DNA of 64,000 nucleotides from Spirochaetia bacterium (GCA_963677595.1 OY782041.1:1824001-1888000), one strand, 5' to 3'. Numbered from the stretch's first letter, positions 45,887-56,852 are shown. The notes: generated by a model from the sequence alone, not told the origin. Translations and numbers: made by a program.

Positions 45887-48727
45887 ATGGACGAGAAGAA
45901 GAACAGGACTACTGTCTCACGATTCACCGCAGGGACAGGTATGGACATACTGCCTGAACCAGAGCCGGCCCTCTCCTGGCTGGTCTCAACAGACGAGCCT
46001 GACTGGCAGCAGGATGGCTATGAGATCATCCTGCTCACGCCCGACGGAGAGAGACTTGAGACGACTGGGGAAGTCGTCTCATCTGAGTCGATTGGTATCG
46101 CCTGGCCGTTCTCGAGGTTGAATTCACGTGATCAGTTCACCCTACAGGTACGTGTTCTTGGAAATGACCAGCTCTGGAGCGACTGGAGTGAACCACTTGA
46201 CATCGAGGCATCGCTGCTGGATCCTGCAGACTGGCAAGCCCAATGCATAACCCCCTCAACTGAATCAGACCCTGAGTATACAGGACCCTCTCCTTACCTG
46301 CGACGGGATTTCACCCTGTCAGCAGGCATAGCATCCGCTCGGCTCTATATAACCGGGATGGGATTATACCAGGCATCGATCAACGGGAGACCCGTCGGCG
46401 ATGCATGCTTCACCCCCGGGTGGACCTCCTATGACGAACGGCTGCTCTTCCAGGCATATGATGTCACCGAACTCTTGGAACAGGGAGGGAACACCATCGG
46501 TGCCGTCCTTGGTGAGGGCTGGTACCGCGGCAGGCTTGGGTTCGACGGGGGGAAGCGGAATATCTGGGGAGACAGGACAGGTCTCCTGGCACAGCTCGAG
46601 ATCCGCTATGCTGATGGAAGGATTGAGACGATCTGTACGGACTCAGGCTGGAAGGCATCGACCGGCCCGATCTTGAGTAGCAGCATCTATGACGGGGAAC
46701 GCTATGATGCGCGTCTTGAACAGGAAGGCTGGGACTCACCGGGATTCGATGATACGGCATGGGATGATGTCAAAGAATTGCCCTACAGGAGGGAGATCCT
46801 TGAACCTTCCCGTAAGCCTCCGGTACGCAAGGTCGAGGAAGTGAAGCCGGTCTCCCTCGTTCATTCGCCTTCAGGAAAACAGCTGGTCGATTTCGGGCAG
46901 AACCTTGTAGGAAGAGTACGGATCACCGTGGCTGGGGAAGCCGGCCATACTGTCACGCTTCGCCATGCCGAGGTCCTCGAGGATGGGGAGCTTGGCGTAC
47001 GCCCACTGAGACGTGCAGAGGCGACCGACACCTATACCCTGAACGGGGAAGGTACGGCCACCTGGGAACCGCTCTTCACCTTCCACGGGTTCCGGTATGT
47101 CGAGGTAACGAACTGGCCTGGTACCCTGACAGTCGATGACCTTACCGCGATAGTCCTCCACTCTGATATGGAGCGGATCGGCTGGTTCTCCTGCTCGGAT
47201 GAACAGCTGAACAGGCTGCATGAGAACGTGGTATGGAGCATGAAGGGGAACTTCCTCGAGGTGCCGACCGACTGCCCGCAGCGGGATGAACGGCTCGGCT
47301 GGACGGGGGACCTCCAGGTCTTCGCCCCGACCGCCTCCTTCCTCTACGATACCAGGGGCTTCCTCTCTTCCTGGCTGAAGGACCTTGCCTTCGAGCAGGA
47401 TAAGGGTGAGGGCGCAGTCCCGCCCGTGGTCCCGAATGCCCTGGGTGACAGGTTCGGGGTAGCAGCCTGGGGAGATGCGGCGACGGTGGTCCCCTCAGTG
47501 CTGTATGAGCGGTATGGCGAGAAAGCGATCCTGGAAGCGCAGTTCGAGAGTATGAGGAGCTGGGTCGATTACATCGAACGATCGGCAGGCGATGCATACC
47601 TCTGGGATTCAGGGTTCCAGTTCGGCGACTGGCTCGACCCGACTGCACCGCCAGACCAGCCCTGGCTGGCTAAGACGGCGAAGGAGATCGTTGCCACAGC
47701 CTACTTCGCACGTTCTGCCGAATTGACGGCAGAGGCTGCCGGGCTGCTGGGCAGGACGGAAGAGGAAGCGCGGTATCGCGGGGTCGCAGCCAGGAGCAGG
47801 AAGGCATTCCAGGATGAGTATATCACCCCATCAGGGAGGATGCTCTCCGATGCCCAGACAGCCTATTCCCTGGCGATAGCCTTCGACCTGCTTGAGACTG
47901 ATGAACAGCGAATACATGCCGGTAAACGCTTGTCAGACCTTGTTCGTGACGGCGGGTACCGGATACAGACCGGGTTTGTGGGTACTCCCATCATCTGTGA
48001 CGCGCTCTGCAGGACAGGCCATCATGCTACAGCCTACAAGCTCCTGAAGCAGGAGGAGACCCCCTCCTGGCTCTACCCGGTCACCATGGGTGCCACGACA
48101 GTCTGGGAGCGTTGGGACTCGATGCTGCCTGACGGGTCGATCAACCCGGGGGAGATGACCTCCTTCAACCACTACGCACTTGGTGCCGTTGCTGACTGGA
48201 TGCACCGGACTATCGGCGGGTTGGCTCCCGCTGCCCCTGGTTATAAGAAGCTGCGGATAGCCCCGAGACCGGGGGGAGGCATTACCTCTGCACGGACAGA
48301 GCATCACTCCCCATACGGGAGGATCCTGGTGCAGTGGCAGATCGAGGATGGGACCTTCCACCTGGAAGTCGAGATCCCCCCGAACACGGAAGCGGAAGTG
48401 ACCTTGCCGGATGATACCACAGTCCAGGTAGGGTCCGGTCACCGGGAGTGGCGTGTTCCCTATACCGATCCCGATGCACGCGGGCCGTATACCGCCGATG
48501 ACCTCATCGGTGAGATCCTCGTTGATAAGAAGGCAAAGGAGATCCTCTTCCGGGTATTGGGTGAACTGGGGGCTCCCCCCTTCATCTATGCGGTTATGGA
48601 GAACGAACGGGGTAACACCTTGCGTGAACTGGTGAAGATGGTCCCGGAGTCTGGGAAAGCAGTCATGCTGCTGGAGGCAGGTTTTGGGGAAGCACATACT
48701 GCCGATGATGGTACACATACTAACTGA
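45887..48727 (+). CDS. Alpha-L-rhamnosidase (GH78)
   Basis: DFGQNLVG, FTFHGFRY, PTDCPQRDERLGWTGD, GATTVWERWD, SFNHYALG. Confidence 0.95.
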   Translation: MDEKKNRTTVSRFTAGTGMDILPEPEPALSWLVSTDEPDWQQDGYEIILLTPDGERLETTGEVVSSESIGIAWPFSRLNSRDQFTLQVRVLGNDQLWSDWSEPLDIEASLLDPADWQAQCITPSTESDPEYTGPSPYLRRDFTLSAGIASARLYITGMGLYQASINGRPVGDACFTPGWTSYDERLLFQAYDVTELLEQGGNTIGAVLGEGWYRGRLGFDGGKRNIWGDRTGLLAQLEIRYADGRIETICTDSGWKASTGPILSSSIYDGERYDARLEQEGWDSPGFDDTAWDDVKELPYRREILEPSRKPPVRKVEEVKPVSLVHSPSGKQLVDFGQNLVGRVRITVAGEAGHTVTLRHAEVLEDGELGVRPLRRAEATDTYTLNGEGTATWEPLFTFHGFRYVEVTNWPGTLTVDDLTAIVLHSDMERIGWFSCSDEQLNRLHENVVWSMKGNFLEVPTDCPQRDERLGWTGDLQVFAPTASFLYDTRGFLSSWLKDLAFEQDKGEGAVPPVVPNALGDRFGVAAWGDAATVVPSVLYERYGEKAILEAQFESMRSWVDYIERSAGDAYLWDSGFQFGDWLDPTAPPDQPWLAKTAKEIVATAYFARSAELTAEAAGLLGRTEEEARYRGVAARSRKAFQDEYITPSGRMLSDAQTAYSLAIAFDLLETDEQRIHAGKRLSDLVRDGGYRIQTGFVGTPIICDALCRTGHHATAYKLLKQEETPSWLYPVTMGATTVWERWDSMLPDGSINPGEMTSFNHYALGAVADWMHRTIGGLAPAAPGYKKLRIAPRPGGGITSARTEHHSPYGRILVQWQIEDGTFHLEVEIPPNTEAEVTLPDDTTVQVGSGHREWRVPYTDPDARGPYTADDLIGEILVDKKAKEILFRVLGELGAPPFIYAVMENERGNTLRELVKMVPESGKAVMLLEAGFGEAHTADDGTHTN

Positions 48728-48735
48728 GAAGGACG

Positions 48736-49974
48736 ATGATGATGAGAGAATTCATATTTCCAGACAACTTCCTCTGGGGGACCGCTACTGCGGCACACCA
48801 GGTAGAGGGAGGGAACTCCAACTGCGAGAGCTGGGCCCTGGAGACCCTGCCCGAGACGATCTACCAGGAGCCCTCAGGGATCGCCTGCGACCACTTCAAC
48901 CGCTACCCGGACGATATAGCGCTGCTGGCTGGGTTGGGGTTCAACTCCTACCGGTTCTCCCTCGAGTGGTCGAGGATCGAGCCGACCGAAGGAGAGTTCT
49001 CCATCGAGGGGCTGGAACATTACCGCAGGATGATCAGCACCTGCCGTGACCATGGGATCACCCCCCTGGTGACCCTCCACCATTTCACCACCCCGCAGTG
49101 GATGATCAGGAAGGGAGGCTGGCTCAGTGAGGGGGTCATCGACCGGTTCGCGCGCTACACCGAGGAGGTCTCGGCCTATATGGGGGACCTCTTTTCCGGG
49201 GTCTGCACCTTCAACGAACCGAACATCGCGAGGATCCTGAAATACATCCTCCCATTCTCACCGAAGGATACCCCGTTCTGGAAACAGGCTTCCCGTCACT
49301 TCGGGCAGAAGCCCGAAGAGCTGGGGCTCTGGCAGTTCGTGGCGGATGAGAGGATGTGGGACATCATCCATACTGCACACCTCAAGGCCCGGGATATCCT
49401 CAAAGCAGGACCGGGGGAGTTTCCGGTCGGGCTTACCCTCGCCATGACTGATGTACATACCGCCGAGGGCGGGGAAGAGAGGGCACTTTCCTTACGGAAG
49501 GATATATCTGACAGCTACCTCGAACGCTTGACTGACGATGACTTCGTCGGGGTCCAGACCTACTCGCGGTTCGTGGTCGGGCCTGACGGGGTGCTACCAC
49601 CGACTGAGGAGATGGAGACCACCCAGATGGGTGAGGAGTTCTACCCTGAGGCAATAGGCGGCACGATCCAGCTCGCTTCAAAGGTCGCAGGGATCCCGGT
49701 CATCGTCACGGAGAACGGGGTGGCAGGCGAGGATGACAGCCGGCGCGTCGAGTACTACCGGAGGGCAGTGGCCTCCGTTGCCCGATGTATCGACGACGGT
49801 ATCGATGTCCGCGGCTACTACTGCTGGTCGGCTTTCGACAACTTCGAGTGGGTAGGCGGCTATGGCCCGAAGTTCGGGATCATCGGTGTTGACCGGGAGA
49901 CCCTTGCCCGTACCCCGAAGCCGAGTGCCCGTTTCATGGGTGATATTGCCCGGACGAATAGGATCATGCTCTGA
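48736..49974 (+). CDS. Glycoside hydrolase family 1 (beta-glucosidase)
   Basis: FLWGTATAAHQVEG, acid/base TFNEP, nucleophile VTENG, DNFEW. Confidence 0.95.
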   Translation: MMMREFIFPDNFLWGTATAAHQVEGGNSNCESWALETLPETIYQEPSGIACDHFNRYPDDIALLAGLGFNSYRFSLEWSRIEPTEGEFSIEGLEHYRRMISTCRDHGITPLVTLHHFTTPQWMIRKGGWLSEGVIDRFARYTEEVSAYMGDLFSGVCTFNEPNIARILKYILPFSPKDTPFWKQASRHFGQKPEELGLWQFVADERMWDIIHTAHLKARDILKAGPGEFPVGLTLAMTDVHTAEGGEERALSLRKDISDSYLERLTDDDFVGVQTYSRFVVGPDGVLPPTEEMETTQMGEEFYPEAIGGTIQLASKVAGIPVIVTENGVAGEDDSRRVEYYRRAVASVARCIDDGIDVRGYYCWSAFDNFEWVGGYGPKFGIIGVDRETLARTPKPSARFMGDIARTNRIML

Positions 49975-50031
49975 GAGATGAATTCTCTCTTGAGAACGAT
50001 TTCGTCTGAAAATACACCAGGATGAGTGCTA

Positions 50032-50841
50032 TTATCCGAGATAGCCCTCTCGCAGTGGATTGGTTAGTTCCCTCCACAGCATCTTATCCCCGCTGGGCAT
50101 GAACCCCATCCTGTTTGAGATTTCCTGGGCTGTGTATCGTATCGCTGCGGAGTACAGCTCTCTCTTTACATTCACGATTTCGCTATCATTCCCTGAAATA
50201 CTGCACGAAGCAAAAGGGATCCCGGACTGGTCAAAGATCGGGGCTCCAATGCAGTACGTCCCCCTTACATGTTCTGCTGAGTCAAGAGAGTATCCTCGTT
50301 CCCTTGTTTCATGCAGTTCAGCCATGAGGTTGTCAATAGATGTGATCGTGGTATCACTGTATTCAGGAAGTCCTGATTCGAGCGTGATGTGCCGGACTTC
50401 CTTTTCCGGAAGGAATGCGAGTATGGCTTTCCCCACAGATGTGCAGTGCATCGGCATCCTGTCCCCAACGGCTGAACGGGCCATCAGACGGTGAGGGGAC
50501 TCTATCGCATAGATATATAGACAATAGGCATCATTCTTTATCGTCAGATAGATAGATTCCCCGCAGAACTCTCCCAGTTCCCTGAGAAGAGGAGCAGCCC
50601 GGTCCCTGAGCATGACATTGACCCGTACCGCCTGGGTCATTGGGATGATGGCGGTTCCCAGTGAGTACAGCCCCGCCGTATTTTGCTCCACGAATTCCTT
50701 TGATTCAAGTGTCTTCAGTATGGTATGGATGGTAGTTTTCGGGTAACCAAGCAGTGAACTGACCTCCGCAAGACTCATCTCCGGTCTCTCGGGACTGAAT
50801 AACTCCATGATCTCTATGGCTTTCAATACTGATGTAATCAT
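50032..50841 (-). CDS. IclR family transcriptional regulator
   Basis: SVLKAIEIMELF HTH, MHCTSVGKAILA, RGYSLD..E...G..CIGAPI. Confidence 0.94.
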   Translation of the reverse strand: MITSVLKAIEIMELFSPERPEMSLAEVSSLLGYPKTTIHTILKTLESKEFVEQNTAGLYSLGTAIIPMTQAVRVNVMLRDRAAPLLRELGEFCGESIYLTIKNDAYCLYIYAIESPHRLMARSAVGDRMPMHCTSVGKAILAFLPEKEVRHITLESGLPEYSDTTITSIDNLMAELHETRERGYSLDSAEHVRGTYCIGAPIFDQSGIPFASCSISGNDSEIVNVKRELYSAAIRYTAQEISNRMGFMPSGDKMLWRELTNPLREGYLG

Positions 50842-50877
50842 CTTAATATTTCCTTATTTTCGATATTATCACTCTAT

Positions 50878-50972
50878 GTTCTACATTATAAAACGCTAAT
50901 CCATATCTTGACAAGAAGAATGGATATGGTATAATGTCCTAAATAAAAGAATAGCGTTCTATAATATAGAAC
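50878..50972 (+). promoter_or_regulatory. Consensus promoter flanked by three IclR-type palindromes
   Basis: TTGACA(50908)-16 bp-TATAAT(50930) with TG extension; GTTCTATA-A-TATAGAAC (50956-50972, perfect), GTTCTACATTATAAAAC (50878), GTCCTAAATAAAAGAAT (50936). Confidence 0.78.
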
Positions 50973-50991
50973 ACCAAAAAGAGAGGTAGTT

Positions 50992-52008
50992 ATGAAAAAA
51001 CTTATTGCGATTCTGGGACTGCTTATCCTGACAGTAGGGCTTTATGCGAATGCACAGCAGGAATCATCTGAAACAACAGAACCGATTGTGCTTGAGTATT
51101 CCACGGTAGCCGTACCCACAGCTCCTCATGCATTGGGACAGAAGAAATTCGCTGAGGAAGTAGAACGGATCACGAATGGGGAAGTGATCATCAAAGCCTA
51201 CTACGGAGGTGAACTCTATACCCAAGAGGCTCAGAATTCTGCATTGAGAAGGGGCAACCTGGCAATGACGAACCAGGGCCCAAACTGGTTCAGTGAATAC
51301 GCCCCCTATATGAATATGTTCTCCATGGCCTATATTTTTAAGGACCTTGACCATATGAATGCTGTAATGAACGGTGAGATTGGTGCAGAACTTGCCGATA
51401 GGCTTGCAGCTGATGTTGGGATCAGGCCATTATCGACCTGGTATCTCGGCACACGCCAGCTGAATCTTGCTGATCGGGGAAAGGGCATACCAACTATCCC
51501 GCAGGAGATGAAAGGAATCAAGCTGAGAATGCCGAACACCCGGACATGGTTGATGATGGGAGAATCTCTGGGTGCCAATCCGACTCCTGTAAGCATTAAC
51601 GAACTCTATCTGGCCTTGCAGACAGGGACTGTTGATGGTCAGGACAACCCGCTCACTACCGTAGTTCAGCGGAAATTCTACGAAGTTACAGACTACCTGG
51701 TCCTCACAGGCCACTTCGTCAATCCCATTATGCCGGTAATCAACGAAGAGGTATTCCAGAGCCTGTCTGAAGAGCACAAAGAGACCCTCTACCAGGCGGC
51801 TGAGATTGCACGGCAATATGTAGAGAACCTTATCCTTACAACTACCCAGGATGCGAGGGAGGAAATGGAAGCTGCGGGCGTTGAGTTCATCGATGTCGAT
51901 ATCGATGTCTGGAAGCAGGCGGCAGAGGATTACTACTTCGGGAATGAAGATTTTGTATCGACCATCGATATGGATCTGTATAACAAGGTTCAGGCTTTAG
52001 CGAAATAA
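50992..52008 (+). CDS. dctP: TRAP transporter substrate-binding protein
   Basis: Signal peptide; G.RQL, KLRMP (carboxylate-binding Arg), ELYLALQTGTVDGQDNP. Confidence 0.92.
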   Translation: MKKLIAILGLLILTVGLYANAQQESSETTEPIVLEYSTVAVPTAPHALGQKKFAEEVERITNGEVIIKAYYGGELYTQEAQNSALRRGNLAMTNQGPNWFSEYAPYMNMFSMAYIFKDLDHMNAVMNGEIGAELADRLAADVGIRPLSTWYLGTRQLNLADRGKGIPTIPQEMKGIKLRMPNTRTWLMMGESLGANPTPVSINELYLALQTGTVDGQDNPLTTVVQRKFYEVTDYLVLTGHFVNPIMPVINEEVFQSLSEEHKETLYQAAEIARQYVENLILTTTQDAREEMEAAGVEFIDVDIDVWKQAAEDYYFGNEDFVSTIDMDLYNKVQALAK

Positions 52009-52074
52009 GTCTTACAGAAATAGAAGTACACAGGGAGCACCGTTAGTGTGCTCCATTGCCTAAAGAGGGATAAC

Positions 52075-52566
52075 GTGAAGAAAACCTATACTATTATTCT
52101 TGATATCATAGAGCTGTACCTACCCGCTGTCACCTTCACTGTGATGTTCACCGTGTTCATCCTGCAGATCGTGTTCCGGTATGTCCTTAATGCCCCGTTG
52201 ATGTGGGCATATGAAGTGACGGTTCTCTGCTTTATCTGGACGACACTGCTTGCAGCCTGTTACATCAGGAGGATCAAGGGGCATATCAATTTCAATATGT
52301 TCTACCTGTCCAGGAAACCCGGGACCCAGACGGCCTTCAGGTTCATCTCGAACGGATTGATCCTGTTCGTCTGTGTGATCGGGTACCTGCCGACTATCGA
52401 TTATATCGACTTTCTCAAGATGGATAAAAGCCCGGTCCTGAGGCTGCCGATGAATATCGGGTTTTTCCCGATCCTGGTATTCCTGACCCTGATAGGTCTC
52501 CATTCCCTGGAAGACATCATGAGGGATATCAAACTGATCACAGAAAAGAGGGGAGCAAAGAGATGA
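52075..52566 (+). CDS. dctQ: TRAP transporter small permease
   Basis: QIVFRYVLN.PL.WAYE, HI; 4 TM segments. Confidence 0.9.
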   Translation: MKKTYTIILDIIELYLPAVTFTVMFTVFILQIVFRYVLNAPLMWAYEVTVLCFIWTTLLAACYIRRIKGHINFNMFYLSRKPGTQTAFRFISNGLILFVCVIGYLPTIDYIDFLKMDKSPVLRLPMNIGFFPILVFLTLIGLHSLEDIMRDIKLITEKRGAKR

Positions 52567-53843
52567 GCTTAGGATTCCTGGTTTTTGTACTCATATTGGT
52601 CTGTACATTCCTATTCAGGCTACCGATCCCTCTTGGTTTTTTTGCTTCGACATCATTCTACTGCCTGTTGTCCGGGTTGGATTTGAGCATCGTTACCGAG
52701 AGTATCGTCACTAATCTGTATTCCAAATACATTGTCATAGCTGTACCACTCTTTGTCTTCACGGCGAATGTGATGAACAGCGGCACGATCACGAAGAAGG
52801 TGTTCGAGTTCGCGAATGCCCTGGTAGGTAAGCGACGGGGGGGGCTTGCCCACGTGAACATCATCGCATCCCTCATCTTCTCTGGCATGACCGGCTCCGC
52901 CATGGCTGACGCATCAGGTCTCGGAATGATGGAACTCGAGGCTATGAGGGAGGACGGTTATGAGGATGATTTCTCGACTGCCTTGACCGCAGCTTCTGCG
53001 ACGATTGGCCCGATCTTCCCCCCTAGTATCCCGATGGTCTTCTACTCCATGCTCTCCGGGGCATCGGTAGGGGCCCTCTTTCTTGGCGGCATGGTGCCCG
53101 GGCTTCTCATGGCAATTGCCCTCATGATCTATGTGAGCATGATCGCGAAGAAACGTGATTTCGCCCAGGGGGAAGCCTTTTCCCTGCGGAAACTGGCACG
53201 GCTGGGGTTCAGTGCATTCTGGGCTCTGCTGACACCTATCATTCTGCTTGGTGGTATCTATACCGGGGTTTTTACCCCCACTGAGGCGGGTGCAGTAGCA
53301 GCTTTCTATGCGATCATCGTCTCGTTTTTCGTCTACAGGACCCTCGGACCAAGGAGGCTGTTGGCAATCATTCTCGATACAGTCAAGACGACAGGAAGAC
53401 TGTCGATCATAGTTGGTACTTCGTTCGGGGTCGCATATGTCGTCTCACGGGAAGGCATCCCGGCATTCTTTGCCAACTTCATGCTCTCCCTGACAGGTAA
53501 CAAATACGTGTTCCTCCTGCTGACCAATATCATCTTCCTGTTCCTCGGGATGTTCCTGAACATCAACACGATACAGCTTGTATTTATCCCGATCGTACTG
53601 CCGGCACTTCAAGCTTTTGGGATCGACCTGGTCCATTTTGGGGTCGTTGTCGTACTGAATATGATGATAGGACTCTCGACCCCACCGTATGGTGGATTGC
53701 TCTTCGTGGTAAACGGCATCTCAGACTGTCCGATGCAGGGGACCATCAGGGAGTTGATCCCGATGCTGTTAGTCCTGGTAGTAGTTCTGCTGCTTATCAC
53801 CTATATCCCCGGGATCGTCATGTTCCTGCCGAATCTGTTTTGA
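52563..53843 (+). CDS. dctM: TRAP transporter large permease
   Basis: GGLAHVN, SGMTGSAMAD, IFPPSIP, TPTEA, TPPYG. Confidence 0.95.
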   Translation: MSLGFLVFVLILVCTFLFRLPIPLGFFASTSFYCLLSGLDLSIVTESIVTNLYSKYIVIAVPLFVFTANVMNSGTITKKVFEFANALVGKRRGGLAHVNIIASLIFSGMTGSAMADASGLGMMELEAMREDGYEDDFSTALTAASATIGPIFPPSIPMVFYSMLSGASVGALFLGGMVPGLLMAIALMIYVSMIAKKRDFAQGEAFSLRKLARLGFSAFWALLTPIILLGGIYTGVFTPTEAGAVAAFYAIIVSFFVYRTLGPRRLLAIILDTVKTTGRLSIIVGTSFGVAYVVSREGIPAFFANFMLSLTGNKYVFLLLTNIIFLFLGMFLNINTIQLVFIPIVLPALQAFGIDLVHFGVVVVLNMMIGLSTPPYGGLLFVVNGISDCPMQGTIRELIPMLLVLVVVLLLITYIPGIVMFLPNLF

Positions 53844-53862
53844 TGGTAATCGGGGAGGAAGT

Positions 53863-55371
53863 ATGAAGCAGAAAAAACCGAATATCCTGTTTCTGCTACC
53901 TGATCAGCAGCGGCCTGATTCACTTGGCTGCTATGGCGCTGAACAGGCGAAGACGCCGAATATTGATTGGCTTTCTAAGAACGGGGTGACATTTGACAAC
54001 TGTTATGTCCAGAATCCCCTGTGCTGTCCAAGCCGGTACAGCCTGGCGACAGGTAGGTATCCACACAGTCTTGGAATCAAGGCTAACTGGTACCCTTTGC
54101 GTCAGCAGGAGTCCAGTTTTGCCCATCAGCTTGGTAGGGCAGGCTACACTACTGCTGCAATAGGGAAGATGCACTTCACTCCCTGGCATGCTAATTTCGG
54201 TTTCGACGGCAGGATCATCGCGGAGGCTAAGTTCCATAGTTCGGTTCCCGATGATTATGCGAGGTTCCTTGCGAAACATGGTAACAACAGGAAATGTCTC
54301 TATGACGCTCGTTCTTCTGAGTATATACAGCGGCTGTCCTCAATGACGTCCGTCCTGCCGCAGGAACTTCATATCGACAGTTTTGTTGGGAGGAGTATCT
54401 GTGAGTACCTGCAGCAGGTCGAGGAACCGTTCTTTGCCTTTGCTTCCTTCCTTAGTCCCCACAACCCCTATGATCCCCCGAAGCCGTATGATGAGTTGTT
54501 CAGAAATACCCCTATGCCTGAACGGAACATGGGCCGGGATGAGGTCGACAGGAAGCCGAAAGAGGCATACAATTATATCACTAAGCGATTGGGCTGGGGA
54601 TTCGCGCCGGATGAGATAACCGAGGAGCAGCGCCTCGATATGTGGCGGCACTATTACGGGCTGAATACCCTGATAGATGACTGGGTGGGAGAGATCATCC
54701 GGACACTGAAGGAGCAAGGCCTGTATGATGATACCATCATCATCTACGCATCCGACCATGGTGATCTCCTCGGTGATCATGGCCTTTTCTATAAGCAGTG
54801 CTTCTATGAGCAGAGCGTAAAAGTCCCGTTGATCGTACATGCCCCGGCCAGGTATGCTTCTGACAGGATTGCCGAGAAGGTGGAACTGATGGATATCTAT
54901 GCCACGATCTGCGAGATGGGAGGAGCCCCCGCAGGCCCAGGATGCCAGGCGACGAGCCTTGTTCCCATCCTGCAGGGGGAGCCGCATATGGAACGGGAAG
55001 CTGTCTTCAGTGAGAACTACTTCGGCAGGATGGTCCGGTGGGACTCATGGAAGATGGTCTACTATCCGGGGAAACCCTATGGGGAAATCTATAACCTGGA
55101 TGATGATCCTGAGGAACAGGTTAACCTGTGGGACGTGATGGAAGGGGCAGTGGAGAAAACCCGGATGAAGGACCTGCTGCTCGAATGGGCATTCACTACC
55201 GAGGACCCGCTACCCCTGCCGGTACGTCCTGATCATCAGGACCATACCCCTGTACGATTGGTGATGGCCGAAGGGGCGGCAGCCGAAGACCTGCAGCAGC
55301 CCTGGTTCCTCCCGGGAATGATGGAATTTTATGAAAACCTGGAATTTTCCGGGGATGGGAAACTACGATGA
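53863..55371 (+). CDS. Formylglycine-dependent sulfatase (Cys-type, S1)
   Basis: PNILF...DQ, CCPSR...TGRY, GKMH, PH.PYD, SDHG. Confidence 0.92.
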   Translation: MKQKKPNILFLLPDQQRPDSLGCYGAEQAKTPNIDWLSKNGVTFDNCYVQNPLCCPSRYSLATGRYPHSLGIKANWYPLRQQESSFAHQLGRAGYTTAAIGKMHFTPWHANFGFDGRIIAEAKFHSSVPDDYARFLAKHGNNRKCLYDARSSEYIQRLSSMTSVLPQELHIDSFVGRSICEYLQQVEEPFFAFASFLSPHNPYDPPKPYDELFRNTPMPERNMGRDEVDRKPKEAYNYITKRLGWGFAPDEITEEQRLDMWRHYYGLNTLIDDWVGEIIRTLKEQGLYDDTIIIYASDHGDLLGDHGLFYKQCFYEQSVKVPLIVHAPARYASDRIAEKVELMDIYATICEMGGAPAGPGCQATSLVPILQGEPHMEREAVFSENYFGRMVRWDSWKMVYYPGKPYGEIYNLDDDPEEQVNLWDVMEGAVEKTRMKDLLLEWAFTTEDPLPLPVRPDHQDHTPVRLVMAEGAAAEDLQQPWFLPGMMEFYENLEFSGDGKLR

Positions 55372-56852
55372 AAAAAACTACACAACCTAATATTCTCATG
55401 ATCATGACTGATCAGCAGAGATTCGATTCGCTGGGCTGTTATGGTGCAGATTGGATAGACACGCCGAATCTCGATAGACTTGCCGGGGAGGGGATGCTCT
55501 TTGAAACGTGCTATGTAAACAACCCTGTCTGCACCCCTTCGAGGGCAAGCATGTTCACGGGAAAGCACATTCTGGACCATGGCGTTCGGCGCCTCCACGA
55601 TGTATTGCCGGAAGAGGAGGTGCTTTTTCCCAAGCATTTGCAGGAAATGGGCTATACCACTGCACTGTTTGGTAAGCTGCATGTCTCCGGGCGTATGTAT
55701 GAAGAGAAAAAGCGCCATCCGGGAGACGGCTTCGATATCTATGAATGGTGTATGGAAGCATCGATCAGCATGGATTCCCCGCTCAACGGGTATTCGAGGT
55801 GGCTGAAGGAGAAATCCCCGGAATTCCATGCCAAGCTGAACGAACAGAAACGGGGGCTGAAGTATATCCCGCGCGAATACCACATGACCCACTGGGCTGC
55901 GGAACGCACTATCGACTTTATTGAAACCAGAGAGGATGACAGCCCCTTCTTCTGCATGATGAGTGTTTTCGACCCGCACAACCCCTATGATGACTTTCCT
56001 GCCGAGTATCGTGACCGGGTAGACCTGGAAAAGATGCCGAAACCTACTGTCCAGGATTGGGAGCGAAACCACTCCATTTCAGGATTGGCTCAAGAACAGC
56101 AAGACGGGTACCTGGGTGCGTTTAACGATTTTACCGATGAGGACCTGCAGGAAATGAGAGTCGGCTACTACAGTTCGATAGCCTTGTTGGATGATGAGGT
56201 TGGCCAGGTCCTTGATGCGCTTGAACGTGCCGGAAAAGCTGAGAATACCCTGGTGATCTTCTTGAGTGATCATGGGGATATGCTCGGTGACCATGGTCTG
56301 CTGGTCAAGGGAGCATACTTCTATGACCCTTGTGTGAAGGTCCCCCTCATCATGCGGCAGCCGGGAACTGTCCCGCAAGGGATCCGGTCCACTGCACTGG
56401 TACAGCCCCATGACATAGCGGCTACGATCCTCACCGCTGCCGGGATGGACGAGGATCAGATCCACGGACTGATGCCGGATTCACTCGATATCCGAAATGC
56501 GGAGGCAGAAGCCCATGAGACCGCGGTCTGCGCCTACCGGGAGACTGGGATCTGTAACACCGGCCGGTATTTCGACCCCGTGATCAATGCAACGATGATC
56601 ACGGATGGGAGCAGCAAGCTGAATGTGTACTATCCACAAATAGGGTCGTCAAACCCAGTTGAAGGTCAGTTTTTTGATCTTGATAACGATGAAGCGGAGG
56701 TAAATGACCTCTGGGAAGTACCGTTGCCAAAGAAGGATGAACTGTTCAGGAAGCTGTTGGGCTGGCAGGTGAACCGGGAGCTGTCACAGCCCCTGAAAGC
56801 TGCGTCTGCCGCCCCGGCAGATGTGGACCTCATCGTGAATATGCTGAAATAG
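55368..56852 (+). CDS. Formylglycine-dependent sulfatase (Cys-type, S1)
   Basis: PNIL...TDQ, CTPSRAS.FTG, GKLH, PHNP, SDHG. Confidence 0.92.
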   Translation: MKKTTQPNILMIMTDQQRFDSLGCYGADWIDTPNLDRLAGEGMLFETCYVNNPVCTPSRASMFTGKHILDHGVRRLHDVLPEEEVLFPKHLQEMGYTTALFGKLHVSGRMYEEKKRHPGDGFDIYEWCMEASISMDSPLNGYSRWLKEKSPEFHAKLNEQKRGLKYIPREYHMTHWAAERTIDFIETREDDSPFFCMMSVFDPHNPYDDFPAEYRDRVDLEKMPKPTVQDWERNHSISGLAQEQQDGYLGAFNDFTDEDLQEMRVGYYSSIALLDDEVGQVLDALERAGKAENTLVIFLSDHGDMLGDHGLLVKGAYFYDPCVKVPLIMRQPGTVPQGIRSTALVQPHDIAATILTAAGMDEDQIHGLMPDSLDIRNAEAEAHETAVCAYRETGICNTGRYFDPVINATMITDGSSKLNVYYPQIGSSNPVEGQFFDLDNDEAEVNDLWEVPLPKKDELFRKLLGWQVNRELSQPLKAASAAPADVDLIVNMLK

